Positions 23,750 through 36,543 of a DNA stretch of 64,000 nt are shown piece by piece. Both the position numbers and the translations under genes were made by a program. This DNA is from Gnetum montanum. Its lineage: Eukaryota > Plantae > Gnetophyta. Positions within the stretch are counted from its first letter, which is position 1, and every line of letters starts with the position of its first letter. Location of the stretch: the NCBI GenBank assembly GCA_015680685.1, contig MNCI01000175.1, positions 259,093-323,092 on the forward strand, given 5' to 3'. The notes under the pieces were generated by a model. That model did no database searches, was not told the DNA's origin, and saw nothing but the letters and a program-made list of their open reading frames with translations.

Positions 23750-26700
23750 AACCTCATCCTCCTTGTATCCACACTTGATAGTGTGGAGCTAGCATGGATA
23801 CTTACCTCCCTCACCTCATAGCACCTCCACATTCACCACTCTTGCCATTTTTGGTAGCTATGACCTATCTCGTCCAACTTCAGACTTAGGAAAGTGATTA
23901 GCTCTTGGAAAATCTTTGCATTTTGGGCTTCCATGCTAGATAGCTTGGATCCTATTGTGAAGCTAGGGTATGAAATATATTCTTATCCCCTAGTATTCAT
24001 CACACCTATATGTGATTCTTAGAATGGGCCAAAATGACCTAGAACCATCTTAGTTACTTCTGGCAACATTGAAACCTCATCAAACCTAGTCAAAAGTGCA
24101 TGAAACATTTTGATTTAGTTGATCCAAACTAGAGGAGGTCCCATCCATGTTGGCTAACATGGATGGATGGGATTAATCTCAAATAGCCTAAATTGATCAT
24201 ATAATTACCATATCATGACCCTAACACTCTTTGAAAACCTCAAGTAGTCTATTTTTGCCTTAAAATAAGTAAATGTTGCTCTTACATCCATCCCCACATT
24301 GATGATCCCCTCCTCCATGCTGCCCAACATGGAGGCTTAGGGGATATGACATAAAACACTTCTTCAAGCTCTAAGGCACCATACATGTTATCTTGATAGT
24401 CAATATACTTCACCATGACCTCTAGTAGTTGACAGTAGTAGAAGCTCAAGTTGATTTCCATCCTTGAATCTTCTCCTAGGATATGAAACTTCTTCTCAAT
24501 GCTAGATAGCCTGAAGCTAGCATGAATTCCCTAGGGATATATGTTATAACCTTCTCTATATCTAGAAATACCCTGATAACCTACCCTAGTGACCTTCAGA
24601 CCTTGTCGAAGTCTCTTAGAGCCTTTAGATGTTACAAAACTGATCAACAATGGCAAAACATTATCACCCCCTTCCATGTTGAGGCCATCTTGACCAACTT
24701 GAAGAAAGAGAGGGATGACTACATGGACATCTAGGAGCCTTTAAAATAATTGGTTTTAACATTGAATCATAATCCTCAACCCTCTACAGCCTTGACAACT
24801 TCAAAACCTTATCAAAACTTATCAAAAGTGATCCAAAACTTGATTCCAAGTTCATCCATGATGGGGGAGACCCTATTCCTACTAGCTAGCATGAAACCAG
24901 CATGGATGGAGGTGGGGCAAGGGGTTGGCACAAATAGCCAAAACTCTCAAGATTTGCCTCCAAATGGACTTCCAACCTAACCTTCCCAAAGGCTCTAGTA
25001 GTTGAAACTTGTTAACAATGATTATTTTTCATGAGTTTCTTGGCCTCCATGTTGAGCATCCCTCTCTTCTACACTAGCCAACATGGTGCTATCATGGATG
25101 TAGCTAAAAAGATCCATGGGAGGTCATACATTCATTGACTTTGGAAAAGTGATCTATACTTATCCTACAACCCTATCCACACATCCAAGAGCTATCATAC
25201 TTTGGAAATTGAACCTAAAATAGTCATAAATCAATCTCCTAAGGTCTTCTACGTTGGTTCCATGTTGGCAAGTGTGGAAGTAAAAACAAAAGCTAAAAAA
25301 CCTTCAAGAGATCCTCAAAATTGCCAAGTTTTGATCCTAGCCTCTGACCATCAACACTAGTTACCTTGGGAATAGACATGCATAGCCAAAATTGATCAAA
25401 AATAACCAAACAATTATTTTCTCTAATCCTTCGTCTTGGATCCATGCTAGCTAGCATGGAGCTAGCATGGAACAAAGGGGATGAGCCCAAAAACAACCTA
25501 AAAATCTTCAAAATTTCCAAATTCTAACCCTGAGCCTTAGCCATTGATACCAGTGACCTTAGAAACACACATGCATAATCAAGACCTATTGAAAAATGAA
25601 AAAACTCCATCCCCTAATGTTATCCATGTTGGATCCACACTAACTTGTGGATCTGACATGAATCTAAGGGGGTTAACTTAAGAAACCACTTAGAATCCAT
25701 AACAATTGCTAAATTTTGACTACAAACTATAGCCCTTGGCACTGGTGACCCCAAGGACTAACATTCATGGTTGATTGTGGTCAAAAATGGTGTAGATCTA
25801 AGATATATGATCTATCCACATTGAGCATGCCTTCTTCCATGTTGGCCAATGTGAAGCCAGCATGGAATGATTTTTTTCCCCCTTTCAACCACATGTTGAC
25901 ATCCTAAGAGGCCAAAACCCTACATTGAAGAAGCCTGAGAGCTCATAGCCTTAGCCAAATTTCTGTCTAATCTTGTTTGAGCTTCTAGAACTCATCCACT
26001 TCCATCTCCCCCATTGGAGTAACTCTCCCAATGTGGATCAAGGGAGGTGTGAACTTACATGCCCTCATATAGCCTCCAAACATGATCAAAATTAATCAAA
26101 AACTTGGGGAATCATAGTTTGTAGCCTTGGAAGCTCGGGAACATAGCTGATGTGCTCCTAGATCATCCCAAGACTAAGGAATAAGAATAGCCCCATTCTT
26201 CCACATTGAGGCCACCATGCTCATCATGGAAAAAGGGAGGAAGGAAGAGGGGAAGCCATTCCAACTTGATTTTACACTCAAAATAGTTTGAAATGACCTT
26301 AAAATAAAGCCAAGAGATGTACAACTTTCAAATCTAGGATCTACCTATTTGAACTTTTTTGATCCTGTTTTAGCTTGGATTTGGATTATCCATGCTAAGC
26401 CCCCTCCATCCATGTTGGCCAACATAGAAATAAGGGCTGAAGTTTTAAAACCTTATTTTTTGTTCTTTTTGACCTACAAGATACCCAAATTTTTATAGAT
26501 TTAGCCTTGCACTACATTGGGTAGTCCCCATAATCTTAATTTTGATTCTTTGAATGGTATACAATCCATTTTTCTTATTTTCCATGCTAGGGCCACCTTG
26601 CCCAGCATGGATCTAATGTGGAAGACATTTTTAGGCTTGAAATAAAATCCCAAGGGTTAAAACTGATATCAAAACTAGTCCATTCCCTTCCCTAGCTAGC

Positions 26701-26830
26701 TACATTGACATGTAAGCCATCAAAAGTAAAAAACCAAAAAAATCTTGGGAAACTATCTAGAAGTTTCATCCACACTGGGGTTTACCCCTTCCATGCTAGT
26801 TAGTTTGGAAATAAAGGGGGTCAAGTGTGG
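23750..26830. repeat. 3-kb field of dispersed palindromes, inferred ancestor TCCACGCTGGCCAGCGTGGA
   Basis: Perfect TCCATGCTAGCTAGCATGGA at 25441-25460; variants near 24145, 24315, 25259, 25836, 26409, 26581. Confidence 0.8.
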
Positions 26831-27380
26831 AAGCCTTAAAACCCTTGATTTTTTAGTCCAAAAAACCTAGAAATATCCCTAATTGATGTCCAAACTATCC
26901 TATGATCCTTATAGCCTCAAGCCATCACCCACTAAGGTCTAAAAATAGCATAAGCTAATCCTTTTTAACCATGTTTCGACCAAGATTCATCATATGTAGC
27001 CCACTTTTCCTTGTTTGATTGTATCTTCTCATATCATGACCTAATATGCATTGTTGATCTTGTTTAGCCTTAATATGTTAGCCCTTTATTCTCTATAATA
27101 TATCCTTATATAGCCTTGTTTAGCCTTTGATTGGTATTAAATGGTGGTGTTTCACCTTCACTAACCACCATTAGGCACCATGTAACCATGACCATTTGTT
27201 GCCTTATCTCTAATACTTTCCTTTTTTTTTTACCTTTGTTTAATCTTTATTTGGCCCTTATTGCACTTTTTTCACTTTTTTTTACTCTATTTATAGAATT
27301 GGATGATCCTTTTGCATTAAAATAGCATGTATTTGCATAATTTTATAGCATTTTAGCATTGTTCTTTCAATTTTACCTAG

Positions 27381-29995
27381 GTGCCACTTAATATGATTTT
27401 GGTTGACATGCATGATTAAAGTATGAGTACCTAGGAGTAGATCAGTTTGCCTTTGTACCTACATGGATCCCATGGTGATGTTGAGTAGTGCATCTACATT
27501 GATTGCTTAGATCATGAGCCAGAGAGTCTTGTTGATCACATAGCCTCTATCAAAAAATGTTTAGAATGGCATGAACCTAGTTAAGATGCTCAACCTTGAG
27601 GCTAGTGATATAACTAAGGACTCTCTAGTTATTAAGGTTCCTATCATAACACATAATGGTAAGGAGAAAACCCTTAAACTAAAATCCTCACTCAAACCTC
27701 AACAGTCTCAAGACATCACCAAAGTCTTACAGGATAACATTAAGGCCTTTACCTAGTCATATGAGGATATGCTAGGTCTAGGCCCATGTTTAGTCCATCA
27801 TAGCATCATACTTGACCCTAGAATTAGACTAGTTAAGTATATATTATGCAAGATTAGACTTGATTAGGCCTTAGCAATTTGTGATGAGATCTAAAAACTC
27901 TACCAATTCGGTTTCATCCGAGCTATTGACTACATAGAATAGGTGTCCATCATAGTGGTATTCCCCAAGAAGAATGAGATTATTTGTATTTGCATCAATT
28001 TCTAAGATCTAAATAAAGTGAATATTAATTATGAATTCCCTCTACCTAGTATTGATCAACTTATTCATACTATGGTTAGACATGTCTTGTTGTCCTTTAT
28101 GGATGGATTCTCGAGATAGAACCAAATTAGGATCAACCTAGAGCACTGAATTTGCATAACCTTCATGACCCTTTAGGGTATCTTTTGCTATACTATGATG
28201 TCCTTTGCCATTAAGAATACAAGAGGAAATTACCAAAGAGTCGTGGCCTATATCTTCAGTGATTACATACTAGGTTTGTTCAACAATTACATGGACAATA
28301 TAGTAGTTAAGTCCAAGGTGGCCAACAACCATGCTACTGACCTAGATCTTGTGCTCAAATGATTCCTTAAGTATGAGCTTTAACTTAATCCTAAGAAGTA
28401 TGTTTTTGGTATCAATACCGATAAGACGCTTGGCTTTGTAGTGTCTGAATCAGGGATACATGTAGATCTTGATAAGGTTAATGCCATATCCAAATTAGCA
28501 ATGCATACAAACCTTAAGAAGCTTTGGGAACTACAAGGAAAATTGTAATTTATTTTTAGGTTTATCACTGGACTTATAGATAAGTTAGATCCCATGCAAC
28601 ACTTGCTTCAGAAAGGGATTCACTATGAGTGGATGGCTCAATGCCAAGAGGCCTTTGAAAACCTTAAGCAAGAGTTGGTACTACTGCCAATGGTATACCC
28701 TCCATAAGAGGGTAAACCATTCTACATCTACCTTACCATCTCCAACACATCCATCACCTCTCTACTTTGTTAGAAATGTGGTGATGAAGCATAAATGCTA
28801 GTATACTAGCTTAGCCAGGCATTAGTTATCCATGAGACATGATACATTGAAGTGAATAAGTATTGTTTAGCATTAGTATTCTCATTGAAGAAATGGAGAT
28901 ACTACCTCTTCAGAAGTCAAGTCAATGTCATTTGTAAAGACAACATTCTTAGAGCCATAAAAAACATCTATGAAAGTAGCCATATAGCTATATGGAAAAA
29001 CATAATAGTGGAATTTGAGCTTCATTACATCTTTGAATCCTCAACAAAAGGACAAGCTATAGTTGTACAACTTACTATTTCACTTGTTGATAAACATACA
29101 AGCATAGATACTAAGTTCTATGATGAACATGTCAACATCATTAGCTAAGTGCCTAAGGACTATGAGGTGATCATTCACTTTGACAAGGATTCAACTACCC
29201 ATGAAGCCAATGCTATTGCCATCATAATATTTCCATCTAGTAAAAATTGACATTTTGCCTATCATTTTGAGTTTCTATGTACCAACAACATAGTGGAGTA
29301 TGAGGATTTTATCAAAGGGATGATGCTAGATTATGACCTAGGAGTCAAATAGTTAATAATAAAAGGTAATTCCAAACTTGTGTTTAATTAAGTAACTAAG
29401 CTCTATGCATGTAAAACCAAACATTTACAACCTTACTATGACCTAGGGAATCAATTGTTACAACAATTTGTAGATGTTGATATCCAACACATACCCCAAA
29501 ATGAGAATGCCATAGCCAATGCAGTTGCAAAGTTAATGCTTAGTGTGATGCCAGATGTATTTAGTAATTTATCCACCTTAATTGTGGATTGTGCTATTTC
29601 CATCATGTAGAACACTAAGGATACCTTTATGGCCATAGTTCATATTGATCCTACCAAGGAGTGCTATGATGATATGAAATTTTATATTATACTTTGTGAA
29701 TACTCACAAGGACTAACTACTACTCAAAAGAATGTTGTACACAAATGATCAAAGTAGTATGTCATTGTAGGCAATAACACATTATGTTGATGGTCCTATG
29801 ATGATGTATTGTTAAATTTCTTGGGTAAAATTAAACTAGAATAGTCCTAGAGTAGGTTCATGAGGGTGTTTATGGGGGACATATAGGATGTAGAGCTATG
29901 TCTACTAAAATTAGATGGTTAGGCTATTACTGGATCTATATCGAAAGTAACTACCTCTAGAAGATTAAGTGGTGTGACATGTGCCAATGGCATAC
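27381..29995 (+). pseudogene. Outer Tat pol exon: RT, RNase H, additional archaeal-type RNase H, integrase N-terminus
   Basis: LPSIDQL, LLSFMDGF, NNYMDNIVVKS, LNPKKYVFG; aRH HFD...CTNNIVEYE...KGNSKLV...ENAIANAVA (~29170-29530); zinc finger HEG...GGH...CDMCQWH cut by the insertion. Confidence 0.92.
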
Positions 29996-31679
29996 TAAAA
30001 CACCACCAAATTTTGGCCACCTTCTCTCAACTGCAAATTTTTCTAAGTGTCAACACAAGTCAAATTTTCTCTAAGTGTTGAGAATACAATCCCCACTACT
30101 ATGACTATGCTCCAAAGAGTAGTCAACATAGTTGACACAAATAGTCCAAATTTGCAAGATTTTTCTTAAGTGTCAACAATAGCTACAAATTTTTCTAAGT
30201 GTGTGAACTACGCTCTCACTGCTAGGACTACACTCTAGAGCATAGTTAGTGTAGTTAGCACACCAATAGCTAGTTTTAAAAATTTTCCTAAGTGTCAAGC
30301 TAGAAGCTATCAAGCTAGTTTGGGATGGAAGAAAAAATTTAGCAAAATTTCTAACTACTATGACTACGCTCTAGAGCATAGTCAGCATAGTTTGCCTAAA
30401 GATACTAGTTTTGCAAATTTGCCTAAGTGTTAAACCAAAAGCTATTAATCTAGTTTGGCATGAAAAAACCAATTTGAAAAAATTTCTAAATGCTCTCTAC
30501 TACACTCTAGAGTGTAGTTAACGTAGGAACACATGTTTTGCAAATTTTGTCCAACTGTTGGAACTATGCTCTAGAGCATAGTCAGTGTAGTATGCTAAAA
30601 GTACCTTTAGAAGCCTTTAGAACACAACATCAGCCTTCATCTTAGCTCTAATGCCTCTTCAGCAAGCAAGATCAGCAACTTGCATTCCTTTCTACATCCC
30701 CCATTTGCCCCAAAATTATACCTATGCTTGACACCACTTGAGAGATTAGACTAAATAGTCCTAGAGCGTAGTCTCCAAAACTGCACCATTTTGCATTATT
30801 TTCAAGTACATCATGGTCTATTCAACACTTGCATAGGTAGTTTAACAATGTAGTCATAGTTTGAAAATCTCACAGGGTCCATTGGAGTACACTAGTAGAA
30901 CATCATTTACTTCAATGGAGAATGTAGTTGGGTGTAGCATAGTCCCAACTATCCCTCTACCACATGGCATCCAATCTATAATTCATGGCAACCCTAACCC
31001 TATAAATACCCCAATGCTTCACATTTCAGGATTTTTCAAATTTAAATGTCATCATTTCTTGAAATCTTTGCATTCAATCCCAATTGGCATTTTGGCAGAC
31101 TTCAAGTAAGCACTTGGCAATGTTGCATACCATCTGGGACACTATAGACCACTACAGCCCATAGGACACCATGGCAACCAAGTTGATAGGCACAAACTTC
31201 ATGGCAAATGTTAGGATTTATAGCCCAGAAACCTTAAGACTATGACTATGCTACCTATTGTGCCTATTTGTACATTTTGTACCTCCTCATCTTTCTTGTA
31301 GTTAACTATGCTCCTTAGTTTGGGGTGGTGCTACTTTCTCTCTCGCTCACTTCCCATGCATTTTTAGAATTTTCTCTTGCATTTTAGCATTTTACCTACA
31401 TTTTTTGCTATTTTCTACACACACTCATGTGTTTGCATCTTCATCTTTCACCAAAAATCTTGGCTACCTTTGTTGATACCGTGTATGCTACAAACATTAT
31501 GCAAACACCTAGGATTCGCTCTAGCATCACAGATCGCAAGTCCTAGTTTGATCAACAAGACCATTATGGGCACCCCATCTCCATTTCCAACAAGCCCTCA
31601 TGCAAATGTGGGCTAAAATTATGTGCACCACAAACCTCTCAATGTACTATTCCAGCCTCTAACATTTTTGGTCACCATA
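29996..31679 (+). repeat. 5' LTR of the inner Tat element (1684 bp)
   Basis: TAAAACACCACCAAATTTTGGCC...GGTCACCATA (termini decayed from TG...CA); TATAAATA ~31001; many GACTAYGCTCTAGAGYRTAGTC palindromes. Confidence 0.92.
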
Positions 31680-31685
31680 GTTTTT

Positions 31686-31702
31686 TGGCATTAGAAGGAG
31701 GA
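31686..31702 (+). promoter_or_regulatory. Primer binding site, tRNA-Asn type
   Basis: TGGCATTAGAAGGAGGA versus TGGCGCTAGAAGGAGGG, the complement of the plant tRNA-Asn(GTT) 3' end. Confidence 0.8.
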
Positions 31703-32177
31703 CTAGTGCCACTTCTTTCCATGGCCTTCATTGGTTGTTTTCTTACATGCTCCCTTCACTGGCATTACTAACTCTAAGCTAGCATAAGATCAACACCCTT
31801 ATGAACCTACCATGGAAATAGTTGGATCTGAGACTAGCACAAGAGTTGTTTATGAATTGATTGGTGTAGAGTGGACCCCATCATTGGTTCCCTTGGAAGC
31901 TCACTCGACAACCTCCAAAACCTACGTCTTACACTTAGCTGAATTCTGGGCACTTAGAAGAGTGTAGTTGGCTCTCAGCATCGACCATAGTTGGCTCTTA
32001 GCATTGTGAGCATAGTCCCAGAATTAGCCATTTTAGTAGCTTCCAAAGTTAGTTATTTTTTCCACAAATTTACTCTTAGCTATTTTCTACAAAGTTTTAC
32101 ACTTAGCCATTTTTCCTACAAATTTCATACTTAGTCACTGTTTTCAACTAGTAACTTTTACATTTACTCTTTGCATC

Positions 32178-35100
32178 ATGAATCCTAAGCAACCTCTAGC
32201 CTTCACTGTAATTGCAGTTATTGCCCAATCCATTTAGTAAGAGATCCAAATTGACCACCCTACTAGTGCTGCCATGGCAAGACAAAGGCATTTACTTAAA
32301 CTACACAACCTATCCCCCAAGTGCATGATCCTCAATGAAGAGTAGTATGACTTCATTTGTGTGAAGCTCTAGGAAAGTCTATTCATAGACTACCAAGAAA
32401 TGAAGGAAAAATGAAGTTATGAGCTCATACATTAGAATGGAAGGAAATACTTCTCCATCATTATGGATTTCATTCCACTCATGAAGACTTATGAGTGAGT
32501 GCTCATCCAACTCATTCGAGCCAGTGAGCATGAGGTAGGGACCAACTACGAGAAGCCCCTATATGAAGAGTAGCATGAGTTCAAGGCTCATTCAGAGCAT
32601 GAGGAATCATTCCATACCTCTTTTTGGTGGACAACCTCCACCTTTGTTTCTCCACAATCCCACCCACCTATCTTCCCAAAGATAGTTATAAACCCAGTGT
32701 CACCTCCTAGGCCTATGCCATTGGTGGTGACCCATCATGTATAGCACACATACTAGGATGTAGTATATCCTATTAGTCTATCCTTTATCATACCATTGTA
32801 ACCTACTAAATCCTACCAGCTAGTAACTATCATGCGAGCACAACCCTACATGCACACAGTGCACATTCCTCTACTACAAGCAACTTAGGTGTTGTATGTT
32901 CCACCTATTCTGTTGGCCCAACCCAAAAATTCATGGGAGGGCCTAGCCACTATGTTCATGGCATAGCCCACACAACAAGCATTGCACATGACCTCACAAC
33001 CTACGGCCAGGTCTTAGGCTATCCAAACAACATAGTAGGCAACAAAATTGACGTAGCCTACTACAACCTCTCTAAGCTTGGATCAAGCATTCCAGCTCAT
33101 CTAGACTCTCACTAAGGAGGTTAAGTGGCTCAAGGTTGCCTCCTCTGAAATGGTACATGTGAAGGATCTCTACGAGGATTATCCGATCATCTTGTGGTAA
33201 CACCACTAACTCTACTTGTTGAGGTCTCACTACCCTAGTTCACCAAATACAATGGTGAAGGAGATCCCAATGCTCACCTGGTGACCTTCCAATTTGAATG
33301 CCTTTTGTTATAAGCATGGCCACATGTCATAATATGCACGTTTACCATGTCCTTGATTAGCAAAGCACTAGATTGGTATTTCATGATTTCTAGGGCATCC
33401 ATGTCCTCTTTGGATGATTTTCTTAGCCAATTCGTAACACACTTCAAGTATAACTTGAAGATTGAGATGATCCTAGACTAGTTAATGTAAATTAAGTAGG
33501 TCCACTTAGAGCCCGTGAAAAAATTCATTCAATGCTGGAGCACATCACTCAATGAAATTCAATGCTAGTAATATTTTAAAGGTGTAGTGAATGACTTTAT
33601 TAAGTTAAAATTGTATTATTTAACCCTGCAATCCTTAAGCCAAGAATTTGCTCAAACTAAGAGCATTCAGGATGTGATAGAGGCTAGCAAGGACTCAGTC
33701 TACATGCCCTACAAGAACCTGCATGCCAAAAATGATAAGAACAAGGGTAAACAAGTGACCATAACTATGAAAATGATGGGCAATGAGGCCAAGCCAGCTA
33801 ATGCTAAACCAATCGCCAAGCCTCCCATGGCCCCAACCAACAACAAGGCTTCTAGCTCTAGCATTGTGGTAAGCAACTAGCCTACATCATTGATGACCAT
33901 GGGGCAAGCTATCCCAAGGTCAAAATTTGAGCATAAGGATCACTCAAAGTACACATCATTACCCATAAAGTCATTGAAACTCCTCAACAAACTTCTTAAG
34001 GTTGGAAGAATTTAGTATAAGCATATGTCTGAGGAGACTCGCAAGAGGCATGACTGATATTGTGAGCTCCTTAGAAATCCCTTAGTTGTAGCACTAAATG
34101 AGCCTATGGTCACTAAACATTTTAGGTTAGATCAGTTTTTCCACTATCATCAATTTCCTAGACACAATACAAACTTTTGCATAGCCCTATAGTATGATAT
34201 ACAATGCATGATTAACAAAGGCGAGTTGGTCCTTTAGGCAACTAACCTAGTTCACCTCTAAAACCAATCAATGAGGGATTACAAGCTCCCTATTAATGCA
34301 AACAGTGTAGGGTACACTATCAATGCTATCATCATTGATGACAACTTAGAACCAGTGCAAGAGCCATTCATGGTTCATGTGTCCATTGGCAACATTGGGG
34401 CTCCCTCAATGTCAAGTAGTTTGAGGATCCCTTTCATTGTCAAAGCACCACCTCAGGAACCTATAACACCCTTTGTGGTCAACGTCCAATAACATGTTGT
34501 AGTAGAAATAGCCCAATCACCCTTCATAGTCAAGGTGTCATAATGAGTGGACTCCTCACTTGCTCGGTGTCTAGTGGTGCGTCACACATTAGTCCTTGCT
34601 TGCCTAAGGGATCATCCTATATGCGAGACAAATAGGCAATTGAGGTGGAAACCTAGGAGGCCTAACTAGCACCTCATTGAAAAAATGGTTAGGTAGCACT
34701 GGGAGCAAAGGACACTAGGCCTACTGAAGCCTGTCCCCTTGTCCTTTGTCCCCATGGCCAAATCAACTGAGAAGGCCACCACAAGCAATTAACAACTGAT
34801 CACTGAGGCTCAAAAACAAGCAAGGAAAGCCAAGCCTAAATCTCCTCCATGATAGATTCATCTCTTAGACCACATGGAAGAGATGGAGGTCAAAATAATA
34901 GAAAATATTGGCATGGACTTTCTAGATGCATTAGCATAGGTCAAATAAAAGAATACTACATTGAGCTTTTATGACTTGATCATGACCTTCTTTTTCGACT
35001 GTGAAGTGAACCTCCATTCTTATTTTGGAGGACATCCAATAGATGAACAATCCATTCACACTATGATACTTTCCCTTGCACCATAGGAATCAAGCTCAAT

Positions 35101-35814
35101 GCCCCTAGTGTTCTGCAATGAGGTAATCACGGTTGACCCTAAGAAGGATCAAGTTACTATTGTTCCAATGTTTATCACCATCTACATAGGTTAATGCAGA
35201 ATTTGTAGGGTGCATGTTGATGATGGAGCAAAAACTAATGTCATCCTATACATAGCCATTGACAAACTAGGTCTTCCCAACCAAATCAAACCCACAAAGA
35301 GAATATGCCTAAAGTCTTTCAATGGGTCCCATGTTGTCATAAGGGGAATAGTCATGATAGCCTTTATGGTAGGGGAGAAATTTCCACCATTGTAGAATTC
35401 ATTATAATCAAGGAGATGTTGGGTTTCAACCTAATCTTGGAAAGGCCTTAGCTAGCTCAATTATAGGCTATCTCCTTCCCAATCCACCAAGAAATCCACT
35501 TTCCATATGAAGGTGGTGAGGTTATCATTTATAGTGATAATGCAGCCCCTTTGGCCGTAAACAACATAGACATAGAATAAGGGTCTGAGGTGGAGTTCCT
35601 CAATGACATGCCTTCCATGAAGGATGTGGATGAGACGTGTGAGGTAGACTAACATGAGGAGCCAAAGGAAGTCAATGAAATCTCATAAGATGCTTTGCGA
35701 GCAGAATTTCCCTTCAACATAGTTGAGGAAGCTCAAGGTGAGTACTGCATAATACCATCCAAGCCCTATGCACCCCCTAACCCACATTGGGTTAGAAAGC
35801 AATTGCACAACTAA
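32178..35814 (+). pseudogene. gag-protease ORF of the inner Tat element
   Basis: ATG 32178; capsid LPSFTKYNGEGDPNAHL...SKALDWY (~33230-33385); protease VHVDDGAKTNVI (35210)...GFNLILERP; the unspliced frame ends RKQLHN* at 35814. Confidence 0.88.
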
Positions 35815-36059
35815 GGTATTCTCTTAGTCCAATGTGTGTTGGGTGCCTACCTACCTCTCACTTCTGCATACATCACTTGCTTGCATTTTTTTTGCATGTT
35901 TACATTTAATTTGATTTTTTGCATTTTTCATTGTTTACTTTGTTACACATTTACTTCTTTTGTTTGTGCATAGTTTACTTTCTAGCAGTTATTAGCATAC
36001 ACATGAAAAAATTTCAAAATACATAAAAATCATAAACTTCAAAATTACAAAAACACCAT

Positions 36060-36350
36060 GGCTTGAAAAGGCCTTAAACTAGTGTGTGTCTCGACATGGC
36101 CCTAAATTGGCACTACAAGACCTACCATGGCCTAAAACAGGCAACACTTTTTCTTTCAACGCATGGCCCGAAATGGCCGTGAACTACCATTGGGGCCTAG
36201 AATGGCCTAAAACTAACAACACATGCTATCTACATATGTAGCCCAAAATGGCCTTAAACTAACAACCACATGGCCCAAAATGGCCCAAAACTAACATTGG
36301 CCCTCTCTCCATGGCCTTAAACTAGCATGGGGCTCAGAATGGCCTAGTTG
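36060..36350 (+). repeat. Array of CATGGCCYWAAAYTRGC-type motifs near the 5' end of the inner intron
   Basis: Roughly 10 imperfect copies of GGCCTTAAACTAG / GGCCTAAAACTAAC / GGCCCAAAATGGCC. Confidence 0.82.
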
Positions 36351-36543
36351 GATCAATTCATTGCATTATTAACATCAAACACATAGTAAATAAATGTAAA
36401 AGTCTACACATCATACATTCCATAGCAACAACATTCATTTCAACTCATATAAATAATAGTACATAGCATGAACATTCATACCATATAGCAAAAAATACAC
36501 AAGAATGCAAAACACACAATAGCAAGGATACATCAAGATATGA

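Larger units (their letters stand above)
7856..27380 (+). other. Putative PR-RT intron of the outer Tat element (6334 nt after removing the Athila insertion and one TSD)
   Basis: Donor ATG|GTGAAT at 7856, acceptor TTCTTTCAATTTTACCTAG| at 27380; phase-1 splicing puts the upstream ELPFNIFSEGD frame in frame with downstream YEYLG. Confidence 0.72.
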
